A stretch of DNA of 64,000 bases. It comes from a virus. Lineage: Duplodnaviria; Heunggongvirae; Uroviricota; Caudoviricetes. The position numbers and the translations under genes were made by a program. The stretch lies in IMG/VR virus record IMGVR_UViG_2901984674_000003; one strand, 5' to 3'. Shown here piece by piece: positions 1 to 9,301 of this stretch; positions within the stretch are counted from its first letter, which is position 1, and every line of letters begins with the position of its first letter. The notes beneath the pieces were generated by a model. That model saw only the letters and a program-made list of their open reading frames with translations, was not told where the DNA came from and made no database searches.

Positions 1-127
1 CCAACACCTAAGATAACGTTGATCCCAGCTTTAACAATATTTTGTCCCCAGTTTCTTGTGTTTTCACCACCAGCGCCAAAGACAACGTTGTTAATGGTTA
101 ATAACTGTGTTAATAACCAAGCTTGCA
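1..127 (-). CDS. Partial (N-terminal ~42 aa) small hypothetical protein, possibly bacteriocin-like or a membrane peptide. It continues past the window edge.
   Basis: The reverse complement gives ATG at 127-125 preceded by a GAAGGTGA RBS. Translation is MQAWLLTQLLTINNVVFGAGGENTRNWGQNIVKAGINVILGVG, and the frame stays open to the window edge. Confidence 0.3.
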
Positions 128-337
128 TTTGTATCACCTTCTAAGAAAAGTATTAGTAAGGATACATTTATTATATATTAAAACGTGTGCGAAGTGTTGT
201 AAAATATAATTCTTTGTTTACGAAAAAAATCGCCAAAGACTAGTGTTTGAGCATAATCTCTGACGATTTTAGAATTTTAGTGACAAATGGGCGAGAAGCC
301 AGTGGTTTTAACCACTGGAGGAATAGCCCTCACTTGT

Positions 338-362
338 AAGCTCGTTAGAGCTTGCTTTTTTA
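338..362 (+). terminator. Rho-independent-type hairpin (AAGCTCgttaGAGCTT plus T-run); may also be the left-end subterminal hairpin of the IS carrying TnpB-1
   Basis: Inverted repeat followed by TTTTTT, seen directly; a second hairpin CCAGTGGttttaaCCACTGG lies just upstream at 299-318. Confidence 0.35.
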
Positions 363-428
363 CCCTTGCCTCCTTTTTAGTATATTTCACTAACTATTTA
401 TGGTATAATAATTAGTGAAGAAAGTGAG

Positions 429-1655
429 GTGAACCTAATGGAAATGCAAGTTACAATCAAGACTAAACTAAAGATTTCTAACTCTGAGATAGCTTTGAGT
501 TTTTCTAAAACAATGGAACAATACCGTCAAGCATGTAATTATGTATCTGAATACATTTTTAATCATGATTTTGATATGAAACAAAGTAGATTAAATAAAG
601 AACTATATACTAAGTTGCGCAATCTATTTAGTCTTAAATCGCAAATGGCTCAATCTGTAATTAGAACTGTTATTGCACGCTATAAGACCGTCAAAACTCA
701 AATGGCACGTAGACCTTATAAATATCAAGACCAAAATACTGGTGAGTGGTACCGTGAAGTACGTGATCTAAATTGGTTACATAAACCAATTTCTTTTAAT
801 CGCCCACAAGTTGACCTTCAACGTAATCGTGATTGGTCTTATTTAAGTAGTGGTCTATTATCTATTAACACCCTTGATGGTCGTGTTAAAGTTGAGCCTA
901 TTTGTCATGGATTCAATCAGTATCTTGATGGTACTTGGAAATTTGGTTTAGCTAAATTACTTAAATCTAGTGGCAAGTGGTATTTACATATTTCAGCCAC
1001 TAAAGAAGTCGCTGATTTTGATAAACAAACCGTAAAACACGTTGTCGGTATCGACCGTGGTTTACGCTTTTTAGCTACCAGCTATGATGAAAAAGGTAAA
1101 ACTGCCTTTTTTGACGGCCAAGCAATCATGCGTAAACGTGCTAAATATCAAAAACTTCGTGCCACTTTACAAGCTAAAGGAACTAAGTCAGCTAAAAGAC
1201 GTTTAAAAAAATTATCTGGACGAGAGAACCGTTGGATAAGTGATGTTAATCATTGCTTGTCTAAGACACTTGTCCAAAAATATGGTGCTAATACTTTGTT
1301 TGTCTTAGAAAACCTTAACGGTGTTTCTTTTGAACGTACTGACTTACCTAAAGCTTTGCGTAATCAAAATAAATCATGGGCTTTTTATCAATTAGAACAA
1401 TTTCTAACTTATAAAGCACACTTACACAATAGTGAAGTTGTTGAAGTTTCTGCTAAATATACATCTCAACGTTGTCCTAAATGCGGAGTTATCAAAAAAG
1501 ATAATCGCAATCATGAAAAACATGAATATCATTGTGATAACTGTAGTTATCGTTCTAACGATGACCGTATCGGTGCCATGAATATCCAATTACTTGGAAC
1601 TCAGTATATTAGCGGACAAGAACAACCTAAATTTGAACTAACAACTAATGCGTAA
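429..1655 (+). CDS. tnpB: TnpB (IS200/IS605 OrfB family RNA-guided endonuclease), copy 1
   Basis: 408-aa ORF with RuvC-I (VGIDRG), RuvC-II (VLENL), a CPKCG...CDNCS zinc finger and RuvC-III (NDDRIGAMNI). No adjacent tnpA. A TGgTATAAT extended -10 lies at about 402-410. Confidence 0.85.
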   Translation: MNLMEMQVTIKTKLKISNSEIALSFSKTMEQYRQACNYVSEYIFNHDFDMKQSRLNKELYTKLRNLFSLKSQMAQSVIRTVIARYKTVKTQMARRPYKYQDQNTGEWYREVRDLNWLHKPISFNRPQVDLQRNRDWSYLSSGLLSINTLDGRVKVEPICHGFNQYLDGTWKFGLAKLLKSSGKWYLHISATKEVADFDKQTVKHVVGIDRGLRFLATSYDEKGKTAFFDGQAIMRKRAKYQKLRATLQAKGTKSAKRRLKKLSGRENRWISDVNHCLSKTLVQKYGANTLFVLENLNGVSFERTDLPKALRNQNKSWAFYQLEQFLTYKAHLHNSEVVEVSAKYTSQRCPKCGVIKKDNRNHEKHEYHCDNCSYRSNDDRIGAMNIQLLGTQYISGQEQPKFELTTNA

Positions 1656-1915
1656 ACGTGTTAGTTAAGTGGGTGCTGTCAACCACCCAATGATGTAGCC
1701 ACGTATAGTGTGGGAGCAACGAAGTTGCGTTATTACCACTGACCGTAAGGTTGTGAGTTACAAGCCTCAGTCTTTAGACTGGGGCAGTTGACTGCCTATG
1801 CCGTAGTTGTTTTGAGGGTTATCGTCAACTACATCTTGGATCTTTGCCCCACCATCAACGTTGTGTTTAATGACAATTTGGCGGAAAGAGGCTGGGGAAA
1901 AAGTCTCAAGACTTA
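1656..1915 (+). ncRNA. Putative omega-RNA / right-end region of the TnpB-1 element
   Basis: A 260-nt ORF-free, hairpin-rich stretch directly 3' of tnpB. TnpB-family omega-RNAs are encoded at the ORF 3' end and right end. It is followed by a long hairpin plus T-run at about 1917-1975. Confidence 0.4.
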
Positions 1916-2016
1916 AAAACCGTTAGAAATCACGTTACTAAAAACGTTGATTCCTAGCGGTTTTTAATATAACTATTTTCTAAAATTTATCTGAAAATAT
2001 AGTTTTTTTCCAGCCT

Positions 2017-2047
2017 CACCTACTTTAGTAGGTGGTTACTGTTGACC
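2017..2047 (-). ncRNA. 31-nt fragment identical to the 5' stem-loop of the IscB omega-RNA scaffold (GTCAACAGTAACCACCTACTAAAGTAGGTG), in reverse orientation. It doubles as a terminator-like hairpin for the minus-strand gene upstream.
   Basis: The reverse complement of 2017-2047 matches the start of the scaffolds at 22094 and 42370. Confidence 0.5.
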
Positions 2048-2470
2048 AACAGTTTGTTCTGGTGGATTTTGGTTTTGAACTACAGTTTGTTCAGGGTTTC
2101 CACCGCTAACTGTTTCTTCAACTACTTTTGTTCCGCCACCGTTGACATTACGTCTGATAACAGTTTTCTCAGGGTTACCTTGGTTTTGAACTACCGTTTG
2201 TTCTACGGTTTGTTCTGGGTTGCCGCCAACTGTTTGTTGGATTGTCCTTTGTCCACCGTTAGCATTGCGTCTGATAACAGTTTGTTGTGGATTTCCACTA
2301 CCACTGACTGTTTGTTGAATCGTTCTTTGTCCGCCGTTGATATTGCGTCTAATTATAGTTTGTTCAGGGTTACCTTGTCCTTGAACTACGGTTTATTCTA
2401 CGGTTTGTTGTGGATTACCACCACCAACTGTTTGTTGAACTACCTTTGTTCCATCGTTATTAGCAGGGTT
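2040..2470. repeat. Tandem ~70-90-nt coding repeats (about 5 units) at the 3' end of the 1243-aa membrane protein gene; they extend past its stop codon
   Basis: A repeated ACAGTTTGTTC(A/T)GGGTT...ATT(A/G)CGTCT(G/A)ATAAC motif. On the minus strand it encodes ...TVIRRNxNGGQRTIQQTV(S/G)GNPEQTV... repeats. The spurious + ORF 2042..2509 is its antisense. Confidence 0.7.
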
Positions 2471-5400
2471 GTTTTGAACGATAGTCTTGCTACCATTTCC
2501 ACTACCTGATACAGGGCTTGCTTTTCTCATTTGTTGAACTTGTTGAGCTAACTTGTCAGCGTTGTTGAACTCTTTTGGAGCTTTAGTTTCAAAGCTTACC
2601 TTATTCTTCATAACATCACCTAAAGTAGAACCGTCTTTAGTTTCCATCGAGTCAATGCTACCCTTTCTGCGAATCATATTTCTACGTCCGTAATCAGCAG
2701 CGTAATCAGTTAAGCCATTTTCATCAATAGCTAAGGCATTTTCATCAAATACACTGTCTGGTAAGTTGCCACTATTTTGTGCTAAGTCGTCCATAGCAGC
2801 TTGAGGGTCAAAGCCAATTTCATCTGGAGTAATACCGTAGCGATCCATTTGTGCCTTAAGGTGCTTAAAGTCTTCGTTAAGAACTTTGACTTTCTTTTCG
2901 TCTGGGTTGTCAACGAACTCATTAAGCTGGTTAGTAGCTTGTTGTGCAAGTTTTTGTAAGCTTTCTCTAACAGCTTTTGGATTGTTCAACTTCTCAGCAC
3001 GCTTGATAGAACTGTTTGCGTAAGTCTTAGCTTTCTTAGCATGAACTGCCTTAGCACTATCTAAGCTTGCTTGTTGTCTGTCTAAGTCTTGGAGTTGATC
3101 TTTCAACTTAGCCTTATTAGCATCGCTTATATTAGGATCTGCTAAAGCATCGCTTATGATAGCTCTACTGTTGTCAATATCATCTTGTTTAGCATTGATA
3201 CGGTCAAGTTCTTTATTAAGGTCTTGACGATACTTAGTATCAGCCTTGCTTAAGCCTTCAACATTATCGTTGAACTTAATCTTACCAACAGTGTCATCAG
3301 CAACTTGTTGAAGATTTGCTTTTTGATTTTGATGTTCTTTCTTATCTTGTTGAGCTTTTTCAAGTTCTTGCATAAGTTTGCGTTTCTTAGCCATTGCTTT
3401 ATCAACGGTCTTAGCATCGCTGTTAGGGTTAGTAGCAATACTGTCTTGGAACGCAATAGCCTTTTTAATGTTGTTGATACGATCGTCATCTTTACCGATT
3501 TGTTCATCAGCTTCATCAATTTGCTTGTATGCGTCAGTTAAAGCCTTGCCGTTTTCTAGGTTAGATAGATCGTTAGGGTGAATCTTGTTTCTAATCTTGT
3601 TGTCAATTTGTTCACTAGCCTTATCATCAACACCTAACTTACCGTTTTTAGCATTGCGTGATAGCTGAGCTAGTTTTTGAGTTTGACGTTGAGCTAAGCC
3701 TAAACGCTTGATACGTTCTAAGTTATTTTCACCAGCTGTATGAGTGTCATCACCAGTTACACCGTCTGCGTAATTGCCCATCATATGTTGAGCTAACAAT
3801 GCAGCACGGCTTAACTTACCTTGCGCTCCACTGATACGATTACCAGTTAAATCATCAAGTTTTCTGCCAAATCTAGTTTTCTTCATGCCACCGCCTGAAG
3901 CCCAGTTTTCAGCAGCGTTAATCATGTTTCTATTTCTTAATGCGCTTTGTTCACGTTTTTGATTACGTAAATCACTACCTCTACCTACAAGGTTTCTAGC
4001 TCCACCATTAGCTTGATCTTCTAATGATTGACCTGTAGATGAAGCCCATGTCCAAGGTAACATAATAAAGCCTGTTAACTTATCTCTAAGCCCTGATACA
4101 TTCTTGATGTAAGCAACCCAAAATACGATTGCTAAAAAGGCTGTAAAGAATAGTCCAATTCCACCTGCCATTGAACCATTATCAGCAGAAGAACTCAAAC
4201 GACTAAAGATACCACTTAATGAACCTGTAAAGAATTTGATTAACATGTTAGGTACGACTGTAGCCATAATGATTGAGCCTACAAGACCTAAACCATAAAC
4301 GATAACAGCAACCGAGTATTCATAATCACCTTTGATAATAGCCAGCATCCAGGCTCTAAGTGGACGCATGTTCATGTCTAAGATACCCATTGCTAAAAAG
4401 GCTTCAACAGCGGCGATGAATACCAATACTGTAAACAATGGAATAGCGATTAAACCACAAACACTAAAGAATGGTACTCCAACCATGGAAACATCGTAGT
4501 AAACAGCTCTATCATCAGCGAATTTAGCGATGTCTTTAAATGCTCCTGTAGGTGGTGAAGTAATTGAGAATGTACCACCTTGATCGTTCCAGTGTGTGTT
4601 TAAAACATAAAACATGGAAGGAACACTTAAAGCTGTACCGTCTGCTTTATCATTACGTCCATATGCGGCTGAGATTTGTTCTCCTGAAGGTCCTTCTTTA
4701 TAGTAGTCTTCAATTTTAGAACCTTCGTTTTTGTAACCGTAGACGTAACGGTCAGTCCAAATTGATGCAAGTGATTTGACGTTCTTTTCATCGCCGTCAA
4801 TCTTACCTACGTAATCATCTTTGGCTTTACTCATTGGATTTTGTTTCAAGTAGTCATCATCTAACTTAATTCCAGTTGATGAATAAGGTGTATCAAAATC
4901 GTAAATCCATTTACCACCTTTAGAGTCAACTAAAGATGAAATAGAACCATAAGCACCGTCAGTTTTAGATTGATCTCCTTGTAAGTAACTAATATAACTA
5001 TAGCCATCAAATACTTTACTTGATAGATAATCAATCGCTAAGTTAGTGTTAGGGAACAATCCTTTAGACATATCGTTTGCATGAAAAATCGTTTGTGTTA
5101 GCGAATCCGATGCACTTTGACCTGTAACTGGGTTAAACCCTGAGTATGGATTGTACTTAGTCATAACAAAACCTTTAGTTTTACCATTGGTTTTAACATT
5201 AGCGACAGTTAAGTCAAAGTTATACTTTTCTGCCCATGTCTTAACGTCCATTAAATAGCTGGCAAAAGGTGTGTTTGATGCTGAATCTTTTGATGTGTAC
5301 TCAGTAATGTCTGACAGTAATTCAAACCCTGCCATCATTGCAATTGGAACCATTAACAAACCAATGATTCGACCTTTAACCTTAGAGTAATCGGCATTTT

Positions 5401-6124
5401 GCATACCACGTTTGGTAACTGCCCAACAGAATGTACCAATCAAGGTTGTAACTCCAAGCACCATAAAGGTATTTATAAACCATTGAACCGAATCACTCTT
5501 CAAACCTAAAGCCGCTGCCATATCAAGTGCGGTTTTATTTTTGGCTAACGTTCCACCAATTAGGTTAAATACATTCCATTTAGCAAAGAAGTTAATAATT
5601 AAGTACCAAGAGTTAATCATAATATCCATGACTGCTCCTAATACCGTTAAAATTAACCCTACAAAAAATCTGCCTACATACGATAAGAGTAAGGCAAAAC
5701 CATTACCTTGAGTCGAAATATAATTATAGTAGGATAAAGTAGCCATCAGCTCTGAAAAACGCTTGGCTTGTGCTTTGTCCTTAGAGTTATCAATTAGTTC
5801 TTGATAACCAAAAGTACCACTAGCCCCACCAGAACCTAAAATACCACTTTTATCCGTTTGTCCTAAAATGCCTTTCATCATTTTATCTGTAAAGCTTTGT
5901 TTACTTGTTGACGAACGGTTTTTTAATAGGAAGTATTGATAAACTGTAGCGATGTTATCACTATCATCAGCTTTGGTAGTTTGTGACAACATACCAAAGC
6001 TACCAAAGATTGTTAGGAGCAAAACACCTAAAACAACAAATTTACTTTTAAAAAACTTAAGTAAGCTTTGTTTTTTTAGAGAAGGCCTAACACTTTTTAC
6101 ATAATCCAAGAAAATCGCCTCCAT
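2393..6124 (-). CDS. Large polytopic membrane protein (1243 aa) with a long C-terminal coiled-coil, low-complexity tail and tandem repeats. A VirB6/TcpH/TrbL-like conjugation channel component is possible.
   Basis: N-terminal TM segment, at least 8 further predicted TM helices centrally, and a Q/K/D/A-rich coiled-coil C-terminal half. It sits in a block with an FtsK-like ATPase and a lytic enzyme elsewhere in the window. Confidence 0.6.
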   Translation of the reverse strand: MEAIFLDYVKSVRPSLKKQSLLKFFKSKFVVLGVLLLTIFGSFGMLSQTTKADDSDNIATVYQYFLLKNRSSTSKQSFTDKMMKGILGQTDKSGILGSGGASGTFGYQELIDNSKDKAQAKRFSELMATLSYYNYISTQGNGFALLLSYVGRFFVGLILTVLGAVMDIMINSWYLIINFFAKWNVFNLIGGTLAKNKTALDMAAALGLKSDSVQWFINTFMVLGVTTLIGTFCWAVTKRGMQNADYSKVKGRIIGLLMVPIAMMAGFELLSDITEYTSKDSASNTPFASYLMDVKTWAEKYNFDLTVANVKTNGKTKGFVMTKYNPYSGFNPVTGQSASDSLTQTIFHANDMSKGLFPNTNLAIDYLSSKVFDGYSYISYLQGDQSKTDGAYGSISSLVDSKGGKWIYDFDTPYSSTGIKLDDDYLKQNPMSKAKDDYVGKIDGDEKNVKSLASIWTDRYVYGYKNEGSKIEDYYKEGPSGEQISAAYGRNDKADGTALSVPSMFYVLNTHWNDQGGTFSITSPPTGAFKDIAKFADDRAVYYDVSMVGVPFFSVCGLIAIPLFTVLVFIAAVEAFLAMGILDMNMRPLRAWMLAIIKGDYEYSVAVIVYGLGLVGSIIMATVVPNMLIKFFTGSLSGIFSRLSSSADNGSMAGGIGLFFTAFLAIVFWVAYIKNVSGLRDKLTGFIMLPWTWASSTGQSLEDQANGGARNLVGRGSDLRNQKREQSALRNRNMINAAENWASGGGMKKTRFGRKLDDLTGNRISGAQGKLSRAALLAQHMMGNYADGVTGDDTHTAGENNLERIKRLGLAQRQTQKLAQLSRNAKNGKLGVDDKASEQIDNKIRNKIHPNDLSNLENGKALTDAYKQIDEADEQIGKDDDRINNIKKAIAFQDSIATNPNSDAKTVDKAMAKKRKLMQELEKAQQDKKEHQNQKANLQQVADDTVGKIKFNDNVEGLSKADTKYRQDLNKELDRINAKQDDIDNSRAIISDALADPNISDANKAKLKDQLQDLDRQQASLDSAKAVHAKKAKTYANSSIKRAEKLNNPKAVRESLQKLAQQATNQLNEFVDNPDEKKVKVLNEDFKHLKAQMDRYGITPDEIGFDPQAAMDDLAQNSGNLPDSVFDENALAIDENGLTDYAADYGRRNMIRRKGSIDSMETKDGSTLGDVMKNKVSFETKAPKEFNNADKLAQQVQQMRKASPVSGSGNGSKTIVQNNPANNDGTKVVQQTVGGGNPQQTVE

Positions 6125-6163
6125 TTTCGTTAATAAAGTAATATAAAATGCAACTCTTTAAGC

Positions 6164-9031
6164 TTATAATTTCTCAATAGGAATATAGCTTACTTCAACT
6201 GTTGGTCTATCACCAGTATTAGTTGTAAAACTGGCATTTTTAGCTTCAAGCTTAAACACTCCATCAATCGGTTGATTATGCCTTAATCTTTGTGCTAACA
6301 AACGTGTAACCTTAGTTTTAATCGAACCGTCAATATAACGTGTAATTGATCTTGCCCCTGAAGTTTTAGCTTCACTACCAACTAAGTCTTCGGCAATCAT
6401 TACTGAGATTGGATCATCATCGCCATACGGTGTATTAGCAAATGACATTTGGTTTTGCCACCAGGCATGACTCATCTTCTTAGGCAACATAATATCTATG
6501 TTGTATCTAGCGTGAGTCATGTTTTGTTTAAACCTCTCTAACTGCATTCTTGCAATCATCGCCATAGTCTTTCTAGCTAGTGGTAAGAATGGTACAAACA
6601 AGGAAAATCTTTCCAAGAACTCAGGCTTGATACCATTGTTCAACCCAGCGTCACCATTTTGCAAAGCTTTACGTACGGACGACTCTCGCCTCCACCATTC
6701 TTCTTCTAGTTGTGGATCTAATTCATTAGGGTTAGATTGACGGTTTAAATTCATAACTTGTGACAAGTCACTAAAGATGTCAGACCCTAAGTTAGATGTA
6801 GCGATAATAACGGTTGAGTTTAACGAACGTTGGTTGCCGTATTTATCTACAACAATACCTTCATCAATCATTCGCATATAGGTGTCCATAACCGTTTTAT
6901 GCGACTTTTCAATTTCGTCTAACAAGATAACTTGCCGTTTGTTTACCGTCATTTGATCTGCGATAAAACGTTGAGCTTTAATAGCACTTTCAGGAGTTGC
7001 ATAATCACCACCGTTAAGAGTTAAGATAGCATCTCTACGTCCATAAAAAGCTTGAGCCAAAGCTTTGGCTGTTTCACTTTTACCTACCCCAGTTGAACCT
7101 ACAAAGAAAGCTGTAAACAAAGGTCGTTTAAAATTACGCTCGGAATAAAAAGCGGTATTAACAACATCAGCTAGTTGGTATAAGGCTAATGGTTGACCTA
7201 AAACAGACTCGTTGACAACCTTAATGATATGTTCTGGAGGAACGTCTGTGTCAATCTCATAATCTTCAGCTAAGAAAGCTTGTCTTACAATTTCGTGTGT
7301 AATTTTATTACCTTTATTTTCATCTAAAACATGCAACCTTCTAGCAATCCCTACACAACTGTCCAAAATTGTTAAAGACTTGTCTGGGTTAACTTGGTTT
7401 TGAATAAAGGCATCAGCGTATTTTACAATTTCACGTAAAATATCATCTGAACATTCTGGAACAAAGTCTAACTTACCTTCCCATGAATCAACACGTCTAC
7501 GTAAGATCGTAACTGTTGTATCTAAATTAGGCGGAGTCATAATAACTTTGCCTAAACGTCTATCAAAAGCAGCGTCATTAACGATATAATCACGATATTC
7601 ATAGTCAGTTGTAGCTCCAATTAATGGAAACTTAGCTCTAGCAAGTCCTTCCTTTAAAGCGTTCATTGCAGCAGAAGATCCAGCTTTATTACTATCTGGC
7701 TTACCATAATTATACAACTTATGAATTTCATCTATGAACAAAACCATCTGAAATTTTTTATCAGGGTTTGCTTCAACGGTTGCTTTTTTGATTTCGTTTA
7801 AAGTTGGAAGTAGGTCTTTCATCTTAGAAATCATATCATTTTCACTTAGAGTACCTAGCTTTTCAACGTTTAACTCTACTACCACTACTGGCAGTGTTGT
7901 CAGTGAACGATTGTAGATCCATTGTTCAACCAAAGCTGTTTTACCAATACCTTGCTTACCTAAAAGCAAAGCAGAAGGTTTTTCTGGTCGATACATGGTT
8001 GAATCAAGCTTCATGATTTCTTCTTTATAACCTATTAAGGTATTCTTGCCTTTTTCCATCTTAGATAAAGAGTCGTTATAATCCTTTTGAATATCTGGAG
8101 GAATAACTAGGTTAATATCTCGTTCATCGTATGCACCAATCCTAAAACCATTAGCTAAAAAGACTTGTTCTAAGACTTCGTGCGTAATCTCCCAGCCATC
8201 ATCAGGGTTTTCTAAATGTCTGTTAGTACATAAACCTACGGCTGAGGCTAAAATATCAAGCGACTTACCAGGGTTAGCTTGATTGTAGATATAAGCGTTA
8301 GTGTAATCAATTAAATCACTTAACGTTTTATCTGATATTTCTGGTACAAATTTACCTGCATTTAACCAAGTGTTTAAGCTAGTCTTTAAGATCTTAAAAA
8401 CAATTGGTTTAGCTGGCTGTGTAATATAAATCTTAGCAAAACGTCTGTCAAACGCTCCATCAGGCTTGATGTTAATGCGATATTCATAGTCAGTTGTCGC
8501 AGCGATTACTGGGAATACACCTTCAGCTGTTTCTTCCTTAAAAGCGTTCATCGCACCGCTAGAACCAGCCTTTTCACCAACCCCTTTAGTAGCTTCACCA
8601 TAGTTGTTTAACTTGTGAATTTCATCTATAAATAAAGCCATTTGGAAGTTGATACTAGGGTTAGCTTCTTTAGTAGCGTCTTTAATTATTTGCATGTTAG
8701 TCAAAAGCTTACGCATTCTTGAAACCATAACATCAGATCCAAGTTCGCCTAAACGTTCAATGTCTAACTGTACTACTATTAATGGAATAGAAGTTTTAGC
8801 TCGTGTTTTAACCCAGTATCTAACTAAGGAAGTTTTACCTGAACCTTGCATACCTAACAACATTCCAGTTGGAGCTTTAGGGTTATACAAGACTGCATTT
8901 AAATCACTGATTTGTTTGTCGTAACCTAAGATTTCTTTATCGTTAGTTTTAATTTCTTCCAAAGAATAGTTATACTCTTTAGCAATATCTTCAGGTATAA
9001 CTAGTTTTAGATCATTTTTTAATCCTAACAT
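6164..9031 (-). CDS. Clp/Hsp100-like AAA+ ATPase with three nucleotide-binding modules (D1-D1-D2). It lacks the N-domain and the middle domain.
   Basis: Walker A GMQGSGKTSLV with LFIDEIHKL and ATTDYEYR...FDRRF (D1). The same is repeated with GKQGIGKTALV, LFIDEIHKL and GATTDYEYR...FDRRL. A third module has GSTGVGKSETAKALAQ...ILLDEIEKSH...IIATSNLG, the ClpA/B D2 signature. Confidence 0.7.
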   Translation of the reverse strand: MLGLKNDLKLVIPEDIAKEYNYSLEEIKTNDKEILGYDKQISDLNAVLYNPKAPTGMLLGMQGSGKTSLVRYWVKTRAKTSIPLIVVQLDIERLGELGSDVMVSRMRKLLTNMQIIKDATKEANPSINFQMALFIDEIHKLNNYGEATKGVGEKAGSSGAMNAFKEETAEGVFPVIAATTDYEYRINIKPDGAFDRRFAKIYITQPAKPIVFKILKTSLNTWLNAGKFVPEISDKTLSDLIDYTNAYIYNQANPGKSLDILASAVGLCTNRHLENPDDGWEITHEVLEQVFLANGFRIGAYDERDINLVIPPDIQKDYNDSLSKMEKGKNTLIGYKEEIMKLDSTMYRPEKPSALLLGKQGIGKTALVEQWIYNRSLTTLPVVVVELNVEKLGTLSENDMISKMKDLLPTLNEIKKATVEANPDKKFQMVLFIDEIHKLYNYGKPDSNKAGSSAAMNALKEGLARAKFPLIGATTDYEYRDYIVNDAAFDRRLGKVIMTPPNLDTTVTILRRRVDSWEGKLDFVPECSDDILREIVKYADAFIQNQVNPDKSLTILDSCVGIARRLHVLDENKGNKITHEIVRQAFLAEDYEIDTDVPPEHIIKVVNESVLGQPLALYQLADVVNTAFYSERNFKRPLFTAFFVGSTGVGKSETAKALAQAFYGRRDAILTLNGGDYATPESAIKAQRFIADQMTVNKRQVILLDEIEKSHKTVMDTYMRMIDEGIVVDKYGNQRSLNSTVIIATSNLGSDIFSDLSQVMNLNRQSNPNELDPQLEEEWWRRESSVRKALQNGDAGLNNGIKPEFLERFSLFVPFLPLARKTMAMIARMQLERFKQNMTHARYNIDIMLPKKMSHAWWQNQMSFANTPYGDDDPISVMIAEDLVGSEAKTSGARSITRYIDGSIKTKVTRLLAQRLRHNQPIDGVFKLEAKNASFTTNTGDRPTVEVSYIPIEKL

Positions 9032-9046
9032 TTAGCTAAAGCCCCC

Positions 9047-9283
9047 TTATAATACTGCATCATCGTTAGTTCCGTCATGATTGTTCTTGTAAACGCTAGT
9101 TTCGTAACTATCAGCCCTATCTAAATCAAGCCCTGTTAATTCTTCTGGATCATAAGGCTTGATCGTCTTGGCTTGAACTTCGTGATAAGTGTCAGCAACA
9201 TCTTTAATAATGCTTTCTAGCGATGTTTCTGGATATTGCTCACAGTATCTAGTTACTGCTAACAAAAGTTCTGTTCTTGTCAT
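9047..9283 (-). CDS. Small hypothetical acidic protein
   Basis: 78-aa ORF, tightly spaced with the flanking genes. Confidence 0.35.
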   Translation of the reverse strand: MTRTELLLAVTRYCEQYPETSLESIIKDVADTYHEVQAKTIKPYDPEELTGLDLDRADSYETSVYKNNHDGTNDDAVL

Positions 9284-9301
9284 AATATCAACCCTTTCTC
9301 G

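Noticed and set aside
2042-2509. 155-aa + strand ORF with Leu/Asn/Tyr-rich repeats
   Set aside because: It is the antisense reading of the tandem coding repeats at the 3' end of the minus-strand membrane-protein gene. It has no RBS, is low complexity, and is compositionally odd.
3250-3581. Three small ORFs (3250..3519 -, 3305..3541 +, 3378..3581 +) inside the 1243-aa gene
   Set aside because: They are embedded in or antisense to the coiled-coil coding region of a long, well-supported ORF, which makes them typical low-complexity artefacts.
6519-8924. Antisense ORFs 6519..6740 and 8649..8924 within the Clp-like ATPase gene
   Set aside because: They lie wholly inside a 955-aa ORF with strong motif support and have no independent signals.
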